Source: Neolewinella sp.
Lineage (GTDB): Bacteria > Bacteroidota > Bacteroidia > Chitinophagales > Saprospiraceae
DNA length: 56,507 nt
Direction: 5' to 3'
Assembly: GCA_047626445.1 (NCBI GenBank)
Contig: JBLHRW010000001.1
Span: 1-56,507 of the forward strand
This document shows, piece after piece, positions 28,371 through 37,231 of this stretch. The position numbers and the translations under genes were made by a program. Under the pieces are notes generated by a model. The model had not been told where the DNA came from, did no database searches, and was given only the letters and a program-made list of their open reading frames with translations. The first letter of the stretch is position 1. Each line of letters starts with the position of its first letter.

Positions 28371-30239
28371 ATGAGTAATTTAATTCCACTCCTCCTGGTG
28401 ATCCCTCTTTTGGGGCTCATCATTGGGTTCGGCTTCTCCAATAAGGATGAACGCGCCATTTTCCTGGCTTCTGTAATCGGTATTGGCGCTAATTTCTTAC
28501 TACTACTGGGCTTAGCCGTTGACTGGGTCAGCGGCGGATTTTCGCCACTGGATTATCGCGGCCCCGTCCTTTTTCGTGCCGAAGAAATGGAGTTCGACCT
28601 GAACCTCCTGCTTGACGGCTACTCCTTCACTTATGCGCTGGTCGCCACTTTCCTGACCGGTCTTATCCTTTTCTTTAGCCGTACTTACGTCCATCGCGAG
28701 AAAGGATATAAGCGCTTTTATAATAACCTAAAATTCTTCTACTTCGGTTTAATGCTGGTATTACTGGCGGGAAACCTGGAGGTGCTTTTCGTTGGCTGGG
28801 AGGTTTTGGGGGTAACGTCTTTCTTCCTGATTGGCTTTTACCGCGAGCGGTACTTACCCGTAAAGAACGCGCTGAAAGTAGTGTCGCTTTACCGTATTGC
28901 CGACATTGCCCTGCTGCTGGGCATCTGGATTACGCATCACTACTTTGGCCACAGCGTCAATTTCGTGGACGTTGAAGGACTGCACAATTCTCAGGACCAC
29001 ATTCTGAATGAGCACATTTACCAGTACGCCATTCCTGGTTTGTTCTTATTAGCGGCCCTGGTGAAATCTGCTCAATTCCCCTTCTCTTCCTGGCTCCCCC
29101 GGGCCATGGAAGGACCAACAACTTCCAGCGCAGTCTTCTATGGATCGCTGTCGGTACATATCGGCGTTTTCCTGCTTGTCCGCACGGCACCTTTCTGGGA
29201 AGAGAACCTGGTTTTTCATTTATTGATCGGGCTGTTTGGCGTCGTCACCTGTATAATGGCGACGATCACTGCGCGGGTCCAGTCTTCAATAAAAACGCAG
29301 ATTGGGTACGCTTCTGTTGCTCAGATCGGGCTGATGTTCGTTTGGGTTGCACTGGGTCTTCACTGGCTGGCGCTTCTACATTTTGTAGGAAATGCCATGT
29401 TACGGTCTTATCAGTTACTGGTGTCTCCTTCGGTGCTTAGCTATAAAATCCACGAACAGTTTTTTCACTTCACGCCGCCGGGACAACCGGCAACGGCGAC
29501 GACCTGGGATAAGTGGAAACTTACCTTCTATATGCTTGGCGTCAAGGAATTTAACCTGGACCGTTTTCAGTTTAACTACCTGTGGAATCCGTTAAAAAAG
29601 GCCGGGCGCTTATTTTCTTTCATGGACGATCGCTCTACTTACGTGCTGGCCTTACCGCCCTTCCTGATGGGCCTTTACGCCGTTTACCACCAGGAGCTCC
29701 TGCCCGACTGGCTGGTGAGCTACCTGCCGGAGACCTTTGCGGCCATCGGCCTGATCTTCATCCTGAAAGCCTTCGTAGAACGTGGTTCCGCGCTGACGAG
29801 TTGGGCGCTGATTGTCGTCAACCAGCTTTACCAATCGCTGGCCTTCGGTTTCAACGAGGAATTCGACTTTACGCAGGTACACATTTACCTGAGCGGTATT
29901 CTCATTTCCGGAATTGTCGGCATTTGGGCGCTCAATAAACTCGATCGGGGCGGAGAATCGACTTTGCTTAACCGGTTCCATGGACACGCTTACGAGCACC
30001 CCCGGTTGGCTTTCGTTTTCGTGGTGGCGGCGCTGGGGTTGGCGGGCTTCCCGATTACCCCGACTTTCATTGGCGAAGACCTCATGCTGGGCCACATTCA
30101 TGAAAATCAGCTGCCCTTACTTTTGCTGATCGTGCTAAACCTGATTCTGGACGGCCTGGTGATCTTTCGAATATACTCTCGGGTTTTCCTTGGACCACAC
30201 GATAAAGGGTACCACGAGGTTGCTTACCGGTCCTCCTAG
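28371..30239 (+). CDS. dabB: DabB / NuoL-like proton-conducting membrane subunit
   Basis: Start MSNLIPLL at 28371; FVGWE, YRIAD, KSAQFPFSSWLPRAMEGPTTSSA, SVAQIG, HFVGNA; immediately after dabA. Confidence 0.88.
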   Translation: MSNLIPLLLVIPLLGLIIGFGFSNKDERAIFLASVIGIGANFLLLLGLAVDWVSGGFSPLDYRGPVLFRAEEMEFDLNLLLDGYSFTYALVATFLTGLILFFSRTYVHREKGYKRFYNNLKFFYFGLMLVLLAGNLEVLFVGWEVLGVTSFFLIGFYRERYLPVKNALKVVSLYRIADIALLLGIWITHHYFGHSVNFVDVEGLHNSQDHILNEHIYQYAIPGLFLLAALVKSAQFPFSSWLPRAMEGPTTSSAVFYGSLSVHIGVFLLVRTAPFWEENLVFHLLIGLFGVVTCIMATITARVQSSIKTQIGYASVAQIGLMFVWVALGLHWLALLHFVGNAMLRSYQLLVSPSVLSYKIHEQFFHFTPPGQPATATTWDKWKLTFYMLGVKEFNLDRFQFNYLWNPLKKAGRLFSFMDDRSTYVLALPPFLMGLYAVYHQELLPDWLVSYLPETFAAIGLIFILKAFVERGSALTSWALIVVNQLYQSLAFGFNEEFDFTQVHIYLSGILISGIVGIWALNKLDRGGESTLLNRFHGHAYEHPRLAFVFVVAALGLAGFPITPTFIGEDLMLGHIHENQLPLLLLIVLNLILDGLVIFRIYSRVFLGPHDKGYHEVAYRSS

Positions 30240-30528
30240 TCCGACGGGCTGCTAGCCCGGGGACCCGGAACGCTATCATTCCGGGTCCCCGACTCGATTA
30301 CTAGTCTCGTAGTGTGAGCGCGGGCTTCGTGACGATTACGAAGTCTTAGCCTGATTAGGGCGATGACGCGGGTGCAAGGGAAAGGACAAAAGAGCCATGG
30401 TCGCCAAGACCAGAATGGCGCTTTTTAAACCGATTCTTTGCATCCCGCGGCCGCGCCCCTGGCCTTCAAGAATTTACTAACCTTTCCCAAATTGCTCTTA
30501 AGAGCGACGGGATCTCCCCATCCTCAAT

Positions 30529-31278
30529 ATGAAACGTTTTATCCTCATTTACCTCATTTTACTGAGCGGGTTCTTTAGCCTTTCCGCCCAATCCGCCGAC
30601 CAGTTTAATGCCTGGTGGATGTACTTCGGCAACCATAAACTATCGGAGAAACTAAGCCTGCATACCGAATATCAGTGGCGGCGCAGCGGCCTCGTTAGTG
30701 AATGGCAGCAATCGCTACTCCGGGTTGGTCTGGACGTGAAAGTGGCCGATAAGACGACCCTGACCGGTGGCTACGGCTGGATCGTTTCTTTCCCTTACGG
30801 CGAGCAACCCATCGCGATCAAATTCACCGAACACCGCCTGTTTCAGCAGTTGGTCCTCACCGGCGGTGCCGGTCGTTTCGGCTTTAACCACCGCTACCGG
30901 TTAGAACAACGCTGGCTGGAGAATGCGGGGGTCAACGACCTGGGAGAGCGGGTAACCGATGGTTTTCGGTTTAAGAATCGTGCGCGGTATCGGTTTTTAG
31001 TAACCTACCCGATCAGTAAGCCTAAGATGGAAGACGGCACCCTTTTTCTGGCGGCCTACGACGAGATTTTCTTAGGCTTCAGTAACGGTATTGTGAAGAA
31101 CATTCTGGACCAAAACCGGCTGTATTTTGCCTTAGGTTACCGCGTCAATAAAAACTTCAACGTTCAGATTGGTTACCTGAATCACCGCGTCATCAAAAGC
31201 GATGGCCTGCGGCAGGAGAATAACCACACGCTGCAAACGGCCCTGACCTATAACCTTGACTTTAGTCCCCGGAAATAA
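30529..31278 (+). CDS. DUF2490 outer-membrane beta-barrel protein
   Basis: Signal peptide; EHRLFQQ, HRYRLEQRW, YDEIF, DQNRLY, QIGYLN motifs. Confidence 0.85.
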   Translation: MKRFILIYLILLSGFFSLSAQSADQFNAWWMYFGNHKLSEKLSLHTEYQWRRSGLVSEWQQSLLRVGLDVKVADKTTLTGGYGWIVSFPYGEQPIAIKFTEHRLFQQLVLTGGAGRFGFNHRYRLEQRWLENAGVNDLGERVTDGFRFKNRARYRFLVTYPISKPKMEDGTLFLAAYDEIFLGFSNGIVKNILDQNRLYFALGYRVNKNFNVQIGYLNHRVIKSDGLRQENNHTLQTALTYNLDFSPRK

Positions 31279-31605
31279 TCTTACAGGACACTTTTAGGTC
31301 CAATAATCTATCTGACAAGAAGGACTTATCTGTAGGGAATGAGGAGGTTGTTTTCCCTCATCTTCTCTCTTTAGCCAGCCTTTTAATCGGACCGTTTTGC
31401 CGCAGGAAGTGAAAAACATGAAGGCGTAGGAAATTTAGATTTAGCTGGTGCCACGTTCGCCCCAAAGATCAGCGCGTCTATTCCTGAGGGCTTCGTTAGA
31501 GCAGACAGGATCCAGGCGGGGGAGGGACCGGGAGACAAATACCAGAAAAAGCCTTAATTTCATCGTGGTCAATAGCTGGCGAGCACCGGCTCAGGCCCAC
31601 ATACC

Positions 31606-32763
31606 ATGCTTGATGAAACCCTCCCCATAGTCAACGTATTCATCTCCTTCCGGGAGGTGGGTGATGCCGGCGGCATCAACCAGGTGGTTGATGTTTTGGC
31701 GGCGCTTAACGTGGAGCACACCCGGCGGAGGGCCTTTGAATTACATCATTTCTATGATCGGACGCTGGCGCATAACCGGTACGATCCGGACGTCACGATC
31801 GGGCTGCAAAAGGCAGATTTGATCATTGTGTTGGACACGCAGGCCTACGTGAGTAACCCTTATATCCTCAAGCACGAACGCTCCTGGGTGGAACTGGCCA
31901 GTAACGATTACAGGAAAGAGGTCCTGGTCCTACACCTGGAACCTCCACTGGTTTTTCCAAATTGGGTGACCAGCCTGAAGGCGACCTCTGTCCCTGAAGA
32001 ACCGGGCAAGGTCTTCTACGGCCACGCCCGGAAGAAGGAGTTATGGCCAATTGTTGCGGAAGAGATAGAGGATGCAGCACGGCGGATCGCCGAAAGAAAA
32101 AAAGCAGCTGCCCTAACTGCCTTCCGCCCGCTGGTGCCGGCAGCGGCAGCGGCCGAAAGAAGTGATCCGCCGGAGGAAAGTATTTCAGACTTCACGTGGG
32201 TAGGGTTGTTCATTATATTAGTGGCCTTGACTTGGGGGCTCGGCCTGTACTTTGCCGGTCCGGACACCATCGCCCGGGTCAGTGACTCCGGCCGGATCAC
32301 CTTCAACGAGGAAACAGATCGTCGGGGAGGAAGGTCCTACCTCGACCCCGAAAGAGGCCTGGCGGATGACCCGGTAGCACAGGCCCCTACCGTTTATGGT
32401 AATGGGCAATCTGCCAGTGGTGCCGGAGGCGGAAATTATTATCCCAACCCTGCTTTTCAGTCAACGGTAAGCCCCATCGGCATTTACCGCACAGAAACCT
32501 ACGGCCGCTATGAATCCTGTCAGGGAAGGGACGCCCAGGGGAACAAGCCATGTAAACGTAACCGACGCTGGTACATCGTTAATGAGGCCCGTGATGTCCA
32601 CCACCAGATCAACTTTACCGACCGCACGCATAAGGACATCTACGCCATCCGCCCTTTCAGTAACGGATTGGCCCAGGTTTATTTTTACGATGGCCGACAG
32701 ATGTACCTGGAGTTTTGTTTGGGGTTGGACGATCGGGTGGTGGAGTGTGTGCTACGACCGTGA
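31606..32763 (+). CDS. Hypothetical membrane protein with TIR-like N-terminus and a WG-repeat-like C-terminal motif
   Basis: VFISF...ADLIIVL...YILKHE; one TM (FTWVGLFIILVALTWGLGLYF); YAIRPFSNGLAQV. Confidence 0.5.
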   Translation: MLDETLPIVNVFISFREVGDAGGINQVVDVLAALNVEHTRRRAFELHHFYDRTLAHNRYDPDVTIGLQKADLIIVLDTQAYVSNPYILKHERSWVELASNDYRKEVLVLHLEPPLVFPNWVTSLKATSVPEEPGKVFYGHARKKELWPIVAEEIEDAARRIAERKKAAALTAFRPLVPAAAAAERSDPPEESISDFTWVGLFIILVALTWGLGLYFAGPDTIARVSDSGRITFNEETDRRGGRSYLDPERGLADDPVAQAPTVYGNGQSASGAGGGNYYPNPAFQSTVSPIGIYRTETYGRYESCQGRDAQGNKPCKRNRRWYIVNEARDVHHQINFTDRTHKDIYAIRPFSNGLAQVYFYDGRQMYLEFCLGLDDRVVECVLRP

Positions 32764-33038
32764 TCGGCGCTTCGCGCCGATTACTAGACGGCCGCGCAGC
32801 GGCCTAGGTAGGCGTTCGCTCTGCTCACTCGGTAGACGGCCTTCGGCCTTGGTAGATTGATCGGCCGCCGCACGAGCGGAGCGAGCTCTCCCTCGCGGTA
32901 GCCAATCAAAAATCGAGAATCTAGAATCCTTACGAGCGGAGCGAGCTCTCCCTCGCGGTAGCGCTATCAATCTACCAAGCGCGAAGCGCGTCTACCGAGT
33001 GAGCGAAGCGAACGTCTACCAAGGTAGCGAAGCTACCG
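32762..33038. repeat. BIME-like palindromic cluster between convergent genes
   Basis: ~55-bp inverted arms 32807-32861/32966-33020 enclosing a 31-bp direct repeat (32872-32902, 32932-32962). Confidence 0.8.
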
Positions 33039-33039
33039 C

Positions 33040-34179
33040 CTACAAGTTGGGCCTCCGGCCCAACGCCTCATGTGCTTGTACAAAATGCCCCTCCGCCAAC
33101 GCGGCCAAGATGGACAGTTCCCCCGCCAGGCAAACGCCGGCGGTGATCTCGGCCAGCTTGCGGGCTTTGCCCGCACCGTAGCAATCCATTATTTCGAGGC
33201 ACTCGCGTTGGGTGCCAAGGTGGGTGCCTCCGCCGATGCTTCCGACGATGAGGTTGGGAAAGGTGCCCGCAGCGTAAAGATTCCCTTCCGGGGTCGTCTC
33301 TAGCCGAATGATGCCCACGGCCGCTTCGGCAATACAGGCCGCGTCTTGTCCGCAGGCAATGAATAGGGCAGCAAGGCCATTGGCGCAATGGGCCTGAACG
33401 CCCAGCGTGCCGGACTTTAGCGAGCCGTAGGCCGCTGCGCGGCCAAAACGCTCCATGGCCTCCGGAGTAGATTTTAAGACGGAAGCAACGACCTCACGGG
33501 GCAATACCACTTCAACACCTACCTTCCGTCCCCGTACGTGCTGGAAACTTTGAAAATTCGCTTTTTTGTCGCCCGAAGCATTGGATTCAATGTAGAAATC
33601 AATGACCTCCTCTTCGCACGTCTTGAGGATATGACGACAAATATGACTGGTGCAGATGGTGACCATGTTTTGCCCGGCAGCGTCTCCTGTGGTAAACTCG
33701 AAAATCAGCGTAACGCTGTTACCTTCAATGATGGGCTTCACTTGTTTGAAGGCCGCATATCGGCTTGCCTGCCCGGTAATCCGGCGAAAAACTTCTGTAT
33801 CCGATAATACCCAAGCCACAAATCTACTGGTAGTGGCCAGGTCTTTAAATTTAAAATAGGGTGCTCGCTGAACGCCCTCGTCCAGTACTTCAGCTTTAGC
33901 ACCGCCACTCAGGGTGATCGCCTTCATACCCCGTGAATACGAAGCAACTAGCGCGCCTTCAGTGGTGGCCAGCGGAATTCTGAATTCACCCTGGGCGTGA
34001 GTACCTTGCATCAGGAGTGGACCAGCTAAGCCTACCGGGACCTGCGCCATACCAATGAAATTCTCGATATTACCCCGGAGATCGTCGGGTTGGGGATGGG
34101 GGACTTTTCCCGCAAGATGCGGATGATCGGCCTCCAGGGCTGGAGAATAATCGGGAGGAGACGTCGGAGAGGTTGTCAT
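33040..34179 (-). CDS. Hydroxymethylglutaryl-CoA reductase, class I-like
   Basis: ENFIG, PLATTEGALVAS, TGDAAGQNM, GDKK, CGQD, GSIGGGT, LAGELS, C-terminal His. Confidence 0.88.
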   Translation of the reverse strand: MTTSPTSPPDYSPALEADHPHLAGKVPHPQPDDLRGNIENFIGMAQVPVGLAGPLLMQGTHAQGEFRIPLATTEGALVASYSRGMKAITLSGGAKAEVLDEGVQRAPYFKFKDLATTSRFVAWVLSDTEVFRRITGQASRYAAFKQVKPIIEGNSVTLIFEFTTGDAAGQNMVTICTSHICRHILKTCEEEVIDFYIESNASGDKKANFQSFQHVRGRKVGVEVVLPREVVASVLKSTPEAMERFGRAAAYGSLKSGTLGVQAHCANGLAALFIACGQDAACIAEAAVGIIRLETTPEGNLYAAGTFPNLIVGSIGGGTHLGTQRECLEIMDCYGAGKARKLAEITAGVCLAGELSILAALAEGHFVQAHEALGRRPNL

Positions 34180-34378
34180 TGGCGGGCTTGCGTTCAGGTG
34201 TGTGAACGACTGGAACAGGGCCCTAGTTCAGCGATGATCGATGATCCTGGCTCCTGAATTCCTCCCCCTGCACCTGCGTCCGCGCCTAAAAAATGTCAAG
34301 TTTCAAAACATCCCTATGCGCTGAATCCTTACTTTTCCCGCAGCATATCGTATTTTACCCGCGTTATCCCCTCAAATC

Positions 34379-35116
34379 GTGCACACCAGAATAGCCCAAA
34401 TCACTGATCTTCACCTTCTTTCCCCCGGCAATATGCTGATGGGTTTAGACGTGACCACCCGCCTGCAAAGCGTGCTGGACCATGCTGCGGAAAATGATCC
34501 GGACGCCTATTTTCTTACGGGCGATTTCTGCGCGTGGGAGCCCGTTCAGGAAATTTACCACCAACTAAGGCCGCTACTCGACGCCCTGGGGAAACCATAT
34601 TACATTACCCCGGGCAATCACGATAATCGAGGAATGTTACGCAACGCTTTTTACCTCGAAGGCCATAACGATACGCCCATAAAAGGACTGGTGCGCGTTA
34701 ACGACCTCGATTTCCTGTTCCTCGACTCGTCCCAAGGAGTAGTCGATAAAGAACAACTTACCTGGTTGCGCAAGGCAATTGCGGCCTACCCACGAGCCGC
34801 GGTGGTCATGCACCACCCACCCATACCGATGGGAGTGCGGTTCATGGACGAGAAGTATCCGCTGCGGGAAACCGATGACCTGTTGCACATACTTACGTCC
34901 GACGGTCGTCGTCGCCGGATTTTCTGCGGCCACTTTCATACTTCCCGTACCGTCGAGCATAAAAACCTGCAGGTGCACCTTTGTCCGCCGACCAGCTTCT
35001 TCATCAAGCCGACGGCCTACGACTTCGAACAGGTGGCCCTACCTCCGGCCTATCTGATGCTGGAATGGACGGAAACCGGAGACTTCCGTGCCGTGCCGAC
35101 TTACGTTCCTTCCTAA
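34379..35116 (+). CDS. Metallophosphoesterase, Icc/CpdA-like
   Basis: ITDLH, TGD, PGNHD, MHHPP, CGHFH. Confidence 0.88.
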   Translation: MHTRIAQITDLHLLSPGNMLMGLDVTTRLQSVLDHAAENDPDAYFLTGDFCAWEPVQEIYHQLRPLLDALGKPYYITPGNHDNRGMLRNAFYLEGHNDTPIKGLVRVNDLDFLFLDSSQGVVDKEQLTWLRKAIAAYPRAAVVMHHPPIPMGVRFMDEKYPLRETDDLLHILTSDGRRRRIFCGHFHTSRTVEHKNLQVHLCPPTSFFIKPTAYDFEQVALPPAYLMLEWTETGDFRAVPTYVPS

Positions 35117-35811
35117 GAGGCCGGAAATGCCCACCGGTACATATGTAACAAGGCAGCATGTGCGACGCCTAACCGATGACCGGTGAAGATTAATACGAAA
35201 ATCAGCTGCGTGAACACAATGCCGTAGGCAAAATAACGGCGGGAAGAGGTGGTCACGGCCTGATCCATTACGTTAAAGGTTCCCGTTTCCTTTCTCAGCC
35301 TGGTAACCATGTCGTACCCCTCCAATAACTGAAGGTGCTCCCGGAAGCCACTAACTGCGTTGAATTGTTGCCGATTGAGAAACAGCGATTGGTCTCCAAA
35401 GCGAAAAGCATCAATATTGAACCTGCTGAGGCGACTGAAAATACGCAGCCACCGGCTTTCTGATTGTCGGTCGAAGCGAACGAAAAAACAGGCAGGATGG
35501 CTTTTTTGGGCGGCGGCGCGCAGGTGCAGGGGAAGGTTGGACGGCGGGACGGTGTCAGCGTGAAGGAAATAGAACCAGCTGCCGGTGGCGATGGCTGCAC
35601 CAGCGTTCATCTGCCGGGCTCTGCCCGGAGGAGAAGTAATCACGGTCGCACCCCATTTTCGGGCCAGTTCAGGCGTGCCATCGGTACTACCTCCATCGAC
35701 TACGATAACCTGAGGTTTACCGCCGGGCCACTCGCCGTTCAATGCCTTCAGCGTAGTTGGAAGGGTGGTCATTTCGTTCAACGTCGGTAGGATCACGGAG
35801 CACCAGGGCAT
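35113..35811 (-). CDS. Glycosyltransferase family 2 (TIGR04283-like)
   Basis: SVILPTLNE, VVDGGSTDGT, GRARQMNAGA, FLHAD, FGDQSLF, TSSRR; start could be 35868. Confidence 0.85.
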   Translation of the reverse strand: MPWCSVILPTLNEMTTLPTTLKALNGEWPGGKPQVIVVDGGSTDGTPELARKWGATVITSPPGRARQMNAGAAIATGSWFYFLHADTVPPSNLPLHLRAAAQKSHPACFFVRFDRQSESRWLRIFSRLSRFNIDAFRFGDQSLFLNRQQFNAVSGFREHLQLLEGYDMVTRLRKETGTFNVMDQAVTTSSRRYFAYGIVFTQLIFVLIFTGHRLGVAHAALLHMYRWAFPAS

Positions 35812-36034
35812 CGTTATCGATTGCCCGATTGGTGGAGTACGGTTCCTTTGGTGGCTGGCTGACGGCATTTTTTCGCTCGGGCAGGTAATGAATTATGGCT
35901 GCGGCGAGTCCGATAATCAGGAGCCACCAGTCAAGGAGGCCGGCTCCGCCGGCCAACAGTACTTCAACGATCTTAGCGCCAAGCAATAAGCCGAAGGCGC
36001 CATAAATGATAATTTGTTTAGTCGATGCGAGCAT
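35717..36034 (-). CDS. Small two-TM hypothetical protein
   Basis: Two hydrophobic helices fill the gap after galM; 3' end overlaps the GT2 gene, so its extent is uncertain. Confidence 0.4.
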   Translation of the reverse strand: MLASTKQIIIYGAFGLLLGAKIVEVLLAGGAGLLDWWLLIIGLAAAIIHYLPERKNAVSQPPKEPYSTNRAIDNDALVLRDPTDVERNDHPSNYAEGIERRVARR

Positions 36035-36096
36035 AGTAGAACGTTTAACGGCCAATAGTACTAAAGGACAAATAGTACCAAAAGACCAACCAATCC

Positions 36097-37227
36097 TTAC
36101 TCAAACCGATACACAGTAGTTGTACGATAAGTATCGCCGGGTTTAAGCAAGGGAGTTGTAAAAGCTTCCTGGTTTGGCGAATCCGGGAAGTGTTGTGTCT
36201 CCAGACAGATGGCCCCTTGTACCGGTAATGGTGTGTGGTCGCGTCCAGAAAATAGTCCGGGCTTAAAATTTGCGGTAAAAATCTGTACGCCCGGCTCGGT
36301 CGTATAGCAGGTTAAGCTGCGGCCCGAAGCAGGGTCGGTAAGGGAGGCGAACTCCCGTAATTGACCGTTGTATCCATTAATCGCCCAGTTGTGGTCGTAG
36401 CCGTTGGCAAGGGCAATTTGGGGGTGATCCGCCGCGATGTCCTGTCCAATAGGCTTGGCTTTGGTAAAGTCGAAGGGCGTCCCGGCAACTGGCGCCAACG
36501 TTCCTAGTGGTATCAGGGTCTCATCAACCGGGGTGTATTGATCAGCCTCGAGTTGGAGCAATTGCTCTCTGATGGTGCCACCTCCGGAAATATTGAAGTA
36601 GGTGTGGTTGGTCAGGTTGACGACGGTCGTTTTATCAGTGGTGGCCGTGTAGGTAAGGCGTAGCTCGTTATCGTCGGTCCATTCGTACTTACAAGATACC
36701 TCCAAGCGGCCGGGGAAGCCCTCGTCGTCGTCGGGGCTGACGTGGCTCAGGGTCACACTGGCCTTGTCGTCTTCGGAATTCGTCTCTGCTTTCCATACGT
36801 ATTTGTCGAATCCTTTGATCCCGCCATGGAGCGAATTAGGGCCGTTATTGGCAACCAGGGTGTAGGCCTCCTCACCAATGCTGAATTGACCGTTGGCAAT
36901 GCGATTGCCGTAGCGGCCGATGAGGGCACCGTAGTATGGGTTTGGCGCGAGGTAGCCATCTAACTCGTCAAAACCGATCACCATTTCCACAGCGTCTATT
37001 TTTATGGAGGAGATGATGCCACCGTAATCGGATACGGACAGGCTGTTTCCCTTACTATTGATGAGGGTGTAAAGGGTAGCGGGGCCCTCAGGGCTTTGCC
37101 CCCAGGCTTTGCTGGATATTCGTTCCATGGAAGAGGTGGATGAAGTATTGATGGCCGGCTCCGGTCCGCAGTTGGTTAAGAATAAGGCTACTAGGAACAA
37201 TAAGATTGGTGGGTAGAATTTTTGCAT
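36097..37227 (-). CDS. galM: Aldose 1-epimerase (mutarotase), lipoprotein
   Basis: Start MQKFY...LTNC; GRYGNRIA, LHGG, EGFPG, NLTNHTYFN, GYDHNW, CLETQHFPD. Confidence 0.92.
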   Translation of the reverse strand: MQKFYPPILLFLVALFLTNCGPEPAINTSSTSSMERISSKAWGQSPEGPATLYTLINSKGNSLSVSDYGGIISSIKIDAVEMVIGFDELDGYLAPNPYYGALIGRYGNRIANGQFSIGEEAYTLVANNGPNSLHGGIKGFDKYVWKAETNSEDDKASVTLSHVSPDDDEGFPGRLEVSCKYEWTDDNELRLTYTATTDKTTVVNLTNHTYFNISGGGTIREQLLQLEADQYTPVDETLIPLGTLAPVAGTPFDFTKAKPIGQDIAADHPQIALANGYDHNWAINGYNGQLREFASLTDPASGRSLTCYTTEPGVQIFTANFKPGLFSGRDHTPLPVQGAICLETQHFPDSPNQEAFTTPLLKPGDTYRTTTVYRFE

Positions 37228-37231
37228 AAAG

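Noticed and set aside
32872-32962. 31-bp direct repeat with 29-bp spacer resembling a mini CRISPR
   Set aside because: Only two units, embedded in a larger palindrome, low-complexity spacer, no cas genes
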